Shown here piece after piece: positions 50,473 through 63,427 of a DNA stretch of 64,000 bases. Each line of letters begins with the position of its first letter. Positions within the stretch are counted from its first letter, which is position 1. The notes below the pieces were generated by a model, which saw only the letters and a program-made list of their open reading frames with translations, had not been told where the DNA came from and ran no database searches. The stretch is taken from positions 439,453-503,452 of the forward strand of contig NW_003526941.1 of the NCBI RefSeq assembly GCF_000181795.1, in the 5' to 3' direction. This stretch comes from Trichinella spiralis. Its lineage: Eukaryota. The translations under genes were made by a program, and so were the position numbers.

Positions 50473-52389
50473 TCATCGACTAGACAATGGTTTCCATTTA
50501 TATGTTCCAGTAAATAGAAAGCCGTTTTGACGCATCAGTTCATCCGCTTCCGCTGGACCGCGACTACCGAATTTGTATAGCACAGGCTTCCGACGATTTT
50601 TTTCAATATCATGAAGACACGGTGTAAAAATTCTCCAAGCTTGTTCTAATTCGTCGGATCGAACAAAATTGATCTGCGAACCGCAAAATACTTCCAAAAG
50701 TAGCCTTTCATATGCATCTGGCAAGTGAATATCCTGAAAAATTTTACAGTATACCAAAAATAGAATAAAAGTACACTAACCTTGTAACGTTCGTGATAAG
50801 TAAGATCGAGTTCAGTTTCAGTAATGTCGAAACCCATTCCTGGTTGTTTGGTGATCAATTTTGCATACACTGCTTCGTTCGGTTGTACTCGAATGACTAA
50901 TTCATTGCGTTTCACTTGTCCAGCCGGAAAAATGTCACATGGCACGTCGCGGTATTGGATGCGCACTTCAGCTTTTCGTTCATTCAATGCTTTGCCGCAA
51001 CGAAGAAAAAAAGGTACACCGTCCCAACGTTCGTTATTGATCCTGCAAACAGCCAATGCGTATGTTGGCGTGACCGAATCTTTGGCAACTTTTGGATCGT
51101 CCACATAACTGATGCGCTGTTCTTCAATGCCGCTGTCTGAATTACCAACGTACTGGCCAAGCACCATCTCATCGGCAGAAATTGGTGCAATGCATTTCAG
51201 CACACGAACCTTCTCGTCTCTTATGTCCTCAGCTTGCAAGGAGATCGGCTTTTCCATTGCCACAAGGCACAGCATCTGCAGTACGTGATTCTGCATCACA
51301 TCTCTGTGTTGGTGAAACAGTAATCACAAGTGTATATTGAGTTAGTTAAATTCGAAATCATCGCTGTTTACCGAACAATTCCGTATTCATCAAAATAGCC
51401 ACCACGTCCATAAGTACCAATCGGCTCTTTGAACGAAATGGTCACCGATGAGATATGCTCTCGGTTCCAAGAAGGAGCAAAAATGCGATTGGCAAATCGT
51501 AAAACCATCAAATTTTGTACCATCTCTTTTCCAAGATAATGATCAATTCGATACAGTTGGTCTTCGTTGAATAATCCGGACAAATGTTTAGCTAGTTCAT
51601 ATGATGACTGCGTATCTTTACCAAATGGTTTTTCAAGAATTACTCTCGTCCAAGCATTACTGAAAGAAAATATTTAACGTTTTCAATCCAATTTCAAATT
51701 TGACGGACGAACAATTTCACAGAGCATGGTCTTTTCTTTACATATCCAATAACAAAATTTTCCTTACGCGCTTTTGCACGTGCAAATTTTTTGAATATTT
51801 GTCGTCACGGTACAATAAACGCTGGGCGGTAATGCCAGATAAAATATACGGTTTGGACAAGCACCAAGTCGACTGCCGACAGTTTCAATTTCAACTTTTA
51901 GCCGAATAAAGCCATCTTCTTTGTCATAGCTACCGCAAATGTAAGAATTCCGTTTTATAAAACTTTCAAACAGGTCCTCTTCGTCCTTTTGAACCTGAAA
52001 ATACATATTATTACTGCCATACAGTTTATGGTCGTAATAAGCAAAAAATTGACATGGCAAAATGGAAGAAAGTTTTCTTTCAACTGTTCAACAGTTAATG
52101 CTGTACGTGCGTAGCCGATAAAATACGTGCCAGGCGGCAGAAGACGATCTCGGAAAAGCCACCAAAGCGTTGGATACGTTTTCCTTTTTGCTAAATCACC
52201 CTTAAAATAATAATCTTTCAATTAAAAGATAAAAAAGATCCATCCAAAGATTCCTTTTACCGACGCGCCAAAGATAACAAATACGTGTGGAATTAATTCT
52301 TCTTCATTTGGTAATGTCTCTTTTATAACACGAATCGTTTCTGGAGTTAATTGACAACAAAAAGGTTCAGACATCTGACGTTTATACAT
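50473..52389 (-). CDS. G6PD: Glucose-6-phosphate 1-dehydrogenase (6 exons)
   Basis: [41 protein letters not shown] and PDAYERL. Confidence 0.97.
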
Positions 52390-54482
52390 GTCTAAAATTT
52401 GACAATAATATTCCAAAATTTATTTCATTTCATTCAATTGCTGCAATAACAAAAATATATATGTATAAATTTTCTACGAAATCAAACAGTGTAGCATATT
52501 TCATTTGAAGTTTAACATTCTTATCACCTAAATACTATCGTACAAGGGCAAGGAAAACTACAACATCAAAACTATTTTACAGTAAAATTACATTGACACA
52601 GAATAATTGTTACCTGCATTACAGTTACTGCATGTAGAGTAATTAAAGAAATATTTTCTATGTGAAATTTTATTATTAGTTTACACGCAATTTTTTCATT
52701 AAAATTTCTCATAATGTTATATATTTTTGAAGAATAGAGACGCTTCAATGGATGCTCTGTTCATACACTTACTTGAAATACTACATATTTCTAAGAAATA
52801 CTTATGCTGCTTTTCATACGTAGCATGACATTCATTTATTGTACTTTGAAATGTAATAATCATATATTAAACTACACATAACGATGTTACCTAGAAACTA
52901 CTTAGTTAAGAATAACCAAACAAATTTGAAATTCTACAAAACTGATAATCAGATCCCAAAAACTCATTAATAGTAATTTATAATTCATAGATATCATATA
53001 TAAAGGATCATCATTATACCAGTTTGTAGGTAAGAATTATCCCTTACTGGATGACAGTTGAATCTATTACTTCGTTTACATCTCACATGTTGAATTGTGA
53101 TAATGCAATTGGGTTTTTAAAAAATGCTTAGAAGCGTAGTGGAATTAAAAAAACGTATCAGGAAAGTTAACTATTATTAACAAAAAGTCTTTGAATGAAA
53201 AGAAATCCCCATTTTTATGAACAAATAATAAGAACGAAATTGAAGCACATATCTAAAATTTTGTTGTCTTACAAATGCTTTCTTAACTAATAAAAAGCAA
53301 TGTTAATAGTGAAATTTTAAATAATAATTCATTGTACTTCTTCTATATACTTGGTAATAGTAATAAGACAGACGTCGATAATACTAATGCTATCCAATTT
53401 TTTTCATTAGTCAAAGAGCTATAAAAATACCTTAAAAGCTTAATGTGCCCATGTTTGAAATTGTTAATAAGCTTGTTGTAAATTCGAAGCACTGTCAACT
53501 AGATATAATTGTTGAATTCTCTTTTCATAATGCTGGTACTCACTTTCAGTCGATTTTCAAAGTTTCATACATTTGAAAAAATGAAGTTAAAATAAATGAA
53601 CGTTTACGATTTGTTATGTCAATAGTGCGTTAATTTTAAACGTATATTTATTTATTTATATGTATATTCATATTCATATTAAATTTTACATTTTTAAAAA
53701 CTTGTACATATCTAGCATGTGCACAAAATTCAATCAATATATCTACGTTGATAAATTTGTAAGTAAAAATAATTAAGTTAGAGTCTTACTGTAAAAGTTT
53801 ATAGAAGCCCATAGCTTTGTTTGGCAACGAATCTGCACGCGTGCAGTAAGTTTATTATTTCTTAAAATGTTTTACTTTTAATATTATAAGTTTATAGTGA
53901 AAAGTATTTATTGCCAAGCTGTGCTTTTATAAGAGGTGAACTTCTCAATCATAAGTAGAAAGTGCACAAGCTGGCATTTGTAGTTTTTGCTTTTACAGTT
54001 TAAAGCTATATTTTTTTTCATTAACTTATGATTCAGTATTTCTATCATTCTTTTGCAGCATTTTTATTTGCAATATCTCCTTCAAGTGAAACTTTGTAAT
54101 CAGCTGTTTTGCACAGTGCATTTGCAGTTGCAATTTGAGCTTGCTTGCTGTTACTGCTTGTTCTTTAATTTTCATTCAGAATTGTTTACTTTTACCATTT
54201 AAGATCAGGTTTTCTTTGCTGCTTCCTAAATTTAATCAGGGTCACCTTGATATTTGTTCTCTTTATCATCATAATCACTGGCTGTATCTGTCATAAATGC
54301 GTGATTATTATATTTCATCATTATGAGTAGTTTTTCCCAATGAAGATTGTTCTCTCGACCGGTCTTTGTTGGCCTATATCATGTGGTTATGGAGAATCGA
54401 AATTGAAAATTTTTAAAATCAAACACAGTTCAACTATGATATATACATTTTATACGCATGATTTTTTAGTATTTCATTGTCA

Positions 54483-56471
54483 ATGGAAATTGAAAATAAT
54501 CCGCCTGTTGGGCAAGCAGAAGATAATGGAAACGAAAGTGCAGATGATTTTGAAGTTCTACATGAGTATGGTATTGATGAACAATACGTGATCGATGACA
54601 TTCCAACTATTCTTATGGAAAGTCAACATCCTTTCGATAGTGATAGTAGCCTGAGTCCTACAGATACTTTTTTATGGATCCACGGTAAGCTCGGCTGTGT
54701 AATTCAGTGCTGTAATTTATTTGCGATGCATGTTTATTGAAAATCAGAGTTTGAAAAGAAAAAATGTTGTCATCTTTCTCCAGCTGACTCAAATGCAATC
54801 TTTTCATAGACATGTGTATTTGTTTAGCCGGATAGTAATAATTTATAGTTGCTTTGCTACAGGCGTGCAGTTGAGCAACGTTTGCTAGAACGTTGTTTAC
54901 AATCATCTATCTGAATGTTGATGTTATAACGTTATGCGCTAGGTGATGCAAAAAATATTATAGCTGCAAAGAAAGAAGAGCCAGTTGTTAATGCTAATGA
55001 TGAACAGTCAAATGTTGCTGAAATTGCACAAGCAGAAGAGCAAAACGTAAGAGTATAAACATTCATATTATTAATAGTAAGTATATAATGTGCATATCGT
55101 TGGCTATTTTTAGAATGAATTTTTCATCGATAATTGCTTGTCACCGGTTGCTGAACGCAATGCAATGAAAGAAGAAGACACGAACAACATGCACATCGAT
55201 ATTATTCACCAAGCTGACGATAGGTGAGGCAAAAAAATGCAATAATAATATTACTCATTGGAAAAAGGAAAGAATTACTAATGGTAAAATAGATTTCAAT
55301 TTAGAAATAATGAAAATAAAGAAGAGAATTCAAATGTGGAAGATGAGGAGGAAGAGGAGGGGGTGGAGGCAAGAGATTTGCGCACTGCTTTGGCCAATTT
55401 GGAGAACAAGTCGAAAATGTTGGAAGAAGAAAATAACGCTCTGCGAGGTCTTCTGGAAGTTACCAGTGCGGAAATGTACGATATGAGAGCAGCGTTGAGC
55501 GCTTCAAATTTGTCAGTCTGTGATTTGCAAGAGCGATTGCAAGCCGTGCAGGCACAGTTGACGGTTAAGCAAAGGGAAATCGAAGCACTTCAACATGTCA
55601 TCTTCGCTCTTCAAGCACAAGTTTGATTTTTCTTCGATCATTCACACTCCCTTTTTGCTTTCGTTTTTTGACATGGCACATTATTTATTATTCAAGGTAG
55701 ATGCAGATGAAATTGACATCATCGCGTTGAAAGATAGATTGAAACTCGAATTGGAAAGCAAAACTGACGTCGTAAATAATGTTACCGATGATTCAAGTCA
55801 GCAAGATACTACTGTACCTGTATGTATTTTTCATTTGATTGTTCGTTTGCTTTTACTTCTTTCTCAGAGATGGTAGATTTCAGTAATGAAGTGTTCCAAT
55901 TATTTTAAAAATTTAAATTTCTACCAATATCGTTCATTATTATTTTATAACATTTAACAGTCTAACGAAATGTGTATAATGTAGTGTTGCACATCGCCAG
56001 CGGTTCTTCTTGAAGCAATCCTTCCTTGAAAGTAAGTTTCTAGCATATGCTGTTTTTCGTCGACATTATCAGAAGAGATGCATTAAGTAATTCTCAGAGT
56101 CATAACAGTCACACTTTTTGGCTGTTAAACTTCTCCACCTAACTAATATTAAATGATCTTTTCTTTTTTTTACAACTTAAATAAGCATTGCTAATGCAGA
56201 ATGATGTTAACATAAACCACTGTTACTTTCCACTTGTTACATTGCACACACACTTATTCATACGTGTCGGGATGCTTGTTTTGCTTTTCATCAATTTCAC
56301 ATTTTTGCAGTGATATTTTAAATTAATAATTTATTTTGACTGTTTTCTTTTTTGTAGTCCGTCTCATCAACTATACAGCAACCGTTTTTCCAATGCGAAG
56401 GATGTCAACGGCGTGTAGCAAGCGAGTCGAAGTTTTTGAACCATTTGCAATGTTGCCCGAATTTATATTGA
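54483..56471 (+). CDS. Uncharacterised 322-aa protein: acidic N-terminus with LIR-like motif, coiled coil, C-terminal CCHC zinc finger (exons 54483-54684, 54943-55046, 55114-55223, 55305-55620, 55697-55819, 56358-56471)
   Basis: All five introns are GT-AG and phase-compatible (969 nt total). Heptad-rich segment in exon 4. The last exon encodes C-x2-C-x12-H-x3-C. Confidence 0.8.
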
Positions 56472-56809
56472 TGCAAAAAAATATTTTAAAACCTCTCTCT
56501 GATCAGGCATTGTGCTGTGATTATCCACCAAATAGCTTTTTCTTTTCTTTTTAGTTTTTCTATGCGCGTCCAACATTTATGGCTTTTGTCAATTTCATTA
56601 ATAATAATTATAATCAGTAATAAATGTGTCATCACAGCGACGTTGGTTGTGAATTGTAAACGTGTAAGAAGAATGAATGTTTTTTGTAGATTAGCATGAA
56701 CAAATGAATGAATAAATCAATCAACCAATCAATAATCCCTCTACTTTTTCACATGATCATAGTTCATTCATATAATGAGACTTTTTTTTCTTTTATACTG
56801 GTTTATTTT

Positions 56810-59446
56810 TTAAAGCTTCTCCACTGTCATCATCGGCAACTGATGGCAGTGCGACGAAGAAGCTGTCACTTTGGAAGACAAAGAATTCGAAGAGGATGAG
56901 GTGGAGGGGGAGGAGGGAAATGGCGATTCTTTTTCCACTTGATCACGAATAGGCTTCGACCAAGCTTGTTCATCAGCAGTGCCGTGAAGGCTGAAAAACG
57001 TGATCGGCAACAGCGCAATGCCGGCGCATATTTGCCACACGGTCTGCCATTCACGGGACGAAGATTGGACAACGATTGCTTTGACAACCAGCGGAATTAG
57101 CATGGACGTGCAGCTGATCAGAACGTAGGCCATCGATGAAATGGCACTGCTGTGAGCCGGTGCCAGCGAAAGCAGGGTTCCAATACAGCCGGGTGTGTGA
57201 AAGCCGGCGAAGCCAACCCCACAGCAGAGCAGAATCACTGCCAAACCCCTGTTCCGACAATTCAACACTGAAACACCCAACAGAAACGAGCCCATGCCCA
57301 ACGAGGCGACCAAATTGAACCATTTGGCCGTTTTGGTCGCATCCGGCTTGCAAGCCGACTTGATCGCGTGATCAAGTTGAGTTGCCAAAATTTTTGTCAC
57401 CATGAAACTAATTATCGGCAGTGTGCTGAGTACCCCGTTGGTTTTCAAGCAAAAGTGCAATGCATCGCGCATATACATCGGCAAGAACATCATTGCTGTG
57501 TTCAGTGGAATCTCGTGACACAAAATTGCCATCATGTTGCACCAAAAACGACTGCTTCGCAACACTTTTTTCCAACATATTCGCTGTGTATTTTCGTCCA
57601 TCCGGCTGATCATACTTTTTATCGACGAAAGGGAGCTCACTGATGAGCTTAAAAATATGAAACTTAAAATCTTTTAATCTTCAAAATTATACCAACATAC
57701 ATCCAACACCAACAACTATGGGGGAATGTGCCAATGAAGAATTTATTATTATTATTATTAGAATAAAATGCTTTTTTAAATTCATTTACAACGGCACGCC
57801 CCGGCCGAGAAAATTTATTGCCTGGAAAAATTTGTGTTTCAGGTACAAGAACGTCACGCTTTAGCGCACGTTTCTTTTCCATAAAACAGTGTTCTTGTAC
57901 AGCCTGACCAGCTGATAACAGAACTAGGTAAGCCTGTCAATTTGGTAAAAACTGGATAAAGAAGAGTTGGTTGGTTCACTTTGCAACAGCAGCAAAGTAT
58001 CATGAATGTGTGAATTTTTGAAAAGCTGCTGCAAATAGAAATGCAAATTCTATTTCTATTCTGCTTCACACTTTTTCGTGCATTCCTTTTGTTTCCATGC
58101 ATACATGATAAACTCATGAAAAAGTAACGGAAAGTGCATCAACGTTGAACTGATGACCTAACTTTCTGATTCACCTTAACATCAACATAGCCAACAGCTA
58201 ATATAAAATGCCACAAAATTTCAAACTAACAGCACATTTGTAAAGAGTTCATAGTTATATGTGTATGTATATATTCATAATAAACTGATGAACTGAAAAT
58301 CATTCAGCCTTAACTCATTTAAATATGCTACCTAAATGACAAGCAAATAATTGTTTGGAAGAAAATTTCACCCTGATAACATAATACATACAGACACGCA
58401 CATAATGAATAAAATATACAATGCAGAAGAAGTAAAACTGCTTACTACCTATCTATTATTATAGCCACACTACTCCCACGCTATCAAAGCATGAAGAATA
58501 ATATTATTTACGCAATTTGTTCAAAGTAATTACATCAATGTACCTCAACCAATTCAAAAAAAGAAAGAAAGAAATGCCTTGGCCATTGATGAACAACGAC
58601 GACAATGAGGGTTCTGTTTTTGCAAATAAAAAAAATACATGCATATATTTGAAAAAAAGTAATATAATAAAATAAAATAAAAAGCACTTACATCGATTCA
58701 CGTTTTCTGTTCAAATTTCGTCGATGCATGAGCAGAAAGAAAACCCACAGCAATACCCAGACACCGCAAATTGCCGAACTGATGTAAAAGACAAAAGGCC
58801 AGCCTTCTTTAGTGCCGCTGTAGTCGGACACAATGGACGCGATCGGATAAACCGCAAGAACGCCAAACTGACGTCCGGCCGACGTCCAGCCGTATGCGTT
58901 GTTTCTCGTTTTGGATGAAAAATGATTAGCCAACAAGTGATTGATCGCGGGCTGAGCAACCGCGTCGGCCACACCCAACAAGAAGCGCAATAAAACGATC
59001 ATCACGTATCCGGCCGACACAGACACCGGTATGAAACTCGACGCCAACGCCGATACAATGAGACTGGCCGGAAGCCACAAGCTGACGTCGGATCGAGCGA
59101 CAATGGAACTCACCAGTGGCGACAGGAGACGACCCCAGCTTATTGCCGACAACACCAGACCCTGGGTTTCTGGACTCCAATTGACGCTACCTTCGCTGTG
59201 CACGTAGTCACCAATGCCAGCAATGTGGTCGGCTCGATCACAACCGCTGGATGTTGAATTGTGCGCGATGAATACACAAGCGCTGAGTGTTGTGTTGACC
59301 ATGGATAAAATTGCCACGCTCATGGTCAAATTTGCAAACATCAAGCAGAACATACATCCGAACAGGAGAAGACAAATTTGAAAACGAATCGACCGCAAGA
59401 AGTAGAGAAATTTGCACCGTTTACAGCTGTACAATTCACTTTCCAT
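56810..59446 (-). CDS. SLC17/anion:cation symporter-type MFS transporter (exons 59446-58702 and 57639-56810; 5' end uncertain)
   Basis: MSVAILSMVN, VNWSPETQGLVLSA, GWPFVFYISS, LPMYMRDALHF, LAPAHS and TADEQAW. The phase-1 intron joins the two long ORFs in frame. Confidence 0.88.
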
Positions 59447-62400
59447 GCTGTTCAATTCGACCGGATGTATGTGGAAAAAATCATTCAACTTTGCCAGTGA
59501 TCATCAACAACCTTCTGACAGTGGCTGTTTCCTTCTCCAGCGTTCTTGAAATGACGTATATATATTCGTACTTGGACATGTTTTCACCGGAACAACATCT
59601 GAAACACGTGACAACTGACGAGTGTAGCGCCAACTATGGGCGCGCCCTCGGCTGCAAACAGCACTTCGGTAAAGAAATGCGCACACACATGCACCATGTG
59701 AAGTAACAAGACAGAAAAACACTACAGCAGACTGCCCGGCGTCAACAATGCTACACTATGTATGTAGTTCAGCAATCGTGCAGCTGCTGAACAGTTGCTT
59801 TTTCTTGAACAACCAGTTGGTAAATGCCATACATACAAGCAAGCATATCTCACATGTGTACATACATGTCTACACACGATATGCACCCCCGCACGCATGT
59901 ATTATTATTATTATTGTATGTCAAAAAAATTATGATGACGTTATTAGCAAAATGACTCGTCAACTCAATTATTAAAAATTCAAACATACTTTTCAAGCTA
60001 AGTGCTTCAATTCGAGACATAATTTCATCAGCTTTCTCTCAAGGGCACTTTCGACAATATTAACGACCAACGAACACATAAATTACTGACCCGGTCAATA
60101 ACGCCTGCTTCCTCTCCATATAAACACAATTTTCCATTTCTCCAAACCACGTCTTACCTGTGTCGTATACGCATATGAATTTATTAAAACTTAAGCAAAT
60201 CAATTAATGAATTACGTATATTACTGTAAGAAAAACAATTTAAAAAAATTTATTCTTCACGTATGCTATTTGTAATTGCAAAAGGTGCATCATGCAAAAA
60301 TTGTTGCCATTTTAAAAACTTTTTCAAAATTTTGCCATTTCGCTTTACTTGAATGTTCATGCTAATTTAATGAGTAAACATGAAATAAACAAGCTAATTT
60401 CCTTAACTTTGTCACACACAACAGAGATACAACAGATGCGCAAAGTTTTTATTATTTGTTTTTCATCTGAAACATCCCCATTACATCCTAATTCAGTGCC
60501 AACTTTATTACATTGATTTCTAAAATTACCATTCTGCTATTTTTTCAGTAGAATAAAAGGTGAAATTAAAATACAATTTCTTCGCACCATTTGGCAGAGA
60601 ACAGCAATAAAGAAACCCTTTCGTAATGCAGCAATTACTTTTAGAGTAATTCTTTTCAGTTAGTGTAAAATGCAAAAGCTAATAATAATTTAGCAATGAA
60701 AAGAAAACTGTATGATAATGATATTAATTTCACATCGTCCATCACAAAAGAATGACAAAGAATAATAGCAAATGCTATTCGAATAATTTAAGAAGAGGGG
60801 AAAAAACAAGAAGACGAATATCATAAACAAAATACTTTTACAGTAAAACATTCTCAAAATCAAAAAAACAAAATTCATGAAACTGATAGTTGAACCCTTC
60901 GTTAACATCACATTAAACAATCTTATATTTATAACACATTATAATACAATTAAACATAACTTATCTATTTGTCATTAGCATACACTTATTTAGCGCTAAA
61001 AAAAGTAAATTTATTTTCTAAACATTTATTAAAAATCATAATTACAAAACCCAGCCACCCACCCCCCACACACATATATATATATATATGTGTACAGAAT
61101 TAATAAACAATATTCCTTTCAAGTTTTAGTGATTTTTCAGAACGCACGGTTTGAAATGAAATACATAAATCATTTTCAATAACTTCTTATATATTCATAG
61201 GCAGCTTTCAAACATAATCGTAATAATAAAAACAGATTATATTACTAAATAAAAGTCATATGAGCGTCATAAAGTCATGGATACGTATTTATATAGCTAA
61301 TAAAAAATGATAAAACTATGAAAGTATATTAAACAATTTCAAAATAAGATAAAAAGTTTTACATTCAAAATAAGATAATTAATACTGCTGAAAGTAAAAA
61401 TTAAAATATTTCGCCCATCATTCAACCATTAGAAAGACAAACACTCAATTAAATTAAAAAAAATAGAAGAAAAAACTTAAGAATGAAGAACATCACAAAA
61501 CACACACCCATACATACATCCGTTGTTGTCTTCCGCAACTGCTTACAATTTTTCCCTATTCATCTTTGCCAATTTCAATAAAAAAAATCAATTAATCAGG
61601 GAAATTATTTCTAACGTAATGTTGCGCAATGAAAAAAACGTCAACATCAAACACGACAACAGCTTTTAATGCGCAACTGTGTTGACGCAGTTAAAAGCAT
61701 ATTAAAATAAATGAAATGGAATGAACCTATTTTAATAATTATTTTTTAAGTAAAAATCAATTAAATAGCTTTTTAAATTAATCGAATGCTCATTTTTCAC
61801 AGCAATTCTGAATTTGTGTACCGTTAAGCAAAATATTGCAAAATACAAGGTAGATTATATAAAACGGATTGAAAGTTGTTGCAAAATAACTACATAATAG
61901 CAATGAGTACATAAGTATTTACATATGCATAATGCTTATTTGTTTGTTCTTTTTGAATAACAAGTAAATAATTCATATTTTCATGCTCAAGTGTTTCAAC
62001 TGAGCATCGTAAACTTCACCATTTAAATGCTACAAAATTTAGGGGAAATTTGGTGGAATGCTGTTGGCTACAAATTTCAAATTAATTTAGCAGAACTTAT
62101 ACAAAACTGACTATCTCCAGCATCATAAATCTAATTAAATCTATTTTTAATATGAACGGAGAACAAAGCAATTTCTGAAATTTCAAATGTCAAACATAAA
62201 CGAAAACTTCACTTTGCACCACTTTTACCCGTAGTACAATTCGTTTCAAGATTTTTCAACTACATAGCCATTCAAATGGAACATTCCCCTCTGGGGTCTT
62301 TCCCATTCAGCTGATAAAAAGTAACGTGTCTACACCCCTTCCAAAAATGAAGCAAATAAGACAAGATTCGCATGTCAAATTTCTGCTAATTTGCACGTCC

Positions 62401-63427
62401 TATTTGCATTGAAAATGAAGATATATCTTCAGATAAGAATAACACAATAAAATATAAAGTATATATCTTTTACAGTTAAAAATTAATGTATGATATCACA
62501 ATCTGTTTTATATCTGAATTATACCGAAGTGTACAATAATTCACAGAATTTGAATTTGAAAAAAAGGAAAATGCCAACAGATGTAAGAAATAATTTGAAA
62601 TCTGTATTATTCTCAGAATTAACGTGTAACGATTAATGCCTATTGCCTATCACAGTTTCTTTACCAAAGCCTGCTTGGCGCATGAATCTACCGCAAAAAG
62701 TCTGGAATCTTAGGATCATGCAACATACGCATTATCATTACAAAAAAACGCAAAACAAAAGCATCAGAACAAGAGCCTCTTAAATAAACACTCTCAATTT
62801 GTTAAAAAAACACACCTGCTCCTATCATGCTTAGGGTGCAAAATTATATGCAACATCATCGCCTTATAAAAATAATATAATAAATATTTACCTTCATTTT
62901 GTCTCTATTTATGTATCTTCAAGTAATTACTGCATGTAGCGCAGCACTGCTGCTCAATGGATTTTGTATGCAAATTGCAATGCTCCAAGTAAATTGACAT
63001 CTCAACTGAAAACAAACAAATAAATACATAAATATCGCAGATTTTAAATTATCATTTATTCAATCTGCATACCAATCATTTCCTTTGCCAAAAAAAGGTG
63101 CACCGCCACTTGAATTTAACAAATGCTTCATCAGTAAGCTGCTTACTGCAAATGCAATTTTCAATAAATATTGCCTTCTCCTCACATCTTGAAATCATAA
63201 AATCACAATAGCAAAATATACCATCTGGAGAACAAAACATGCGATATACATTTGGTAATGCAAGAAGTTCTCCTCCCAACGATGATGAACATATTTCTTG
63301 AAATAGATATCTCAAAAATCATAACAACACACACAAAAAACAAATCAAATATGCAACTGAAAAAATACAAATGACATTAATCTGAAACAAAAAGTTCATC
63401 AACGTTTAAAACATTTTACTTGAATAA

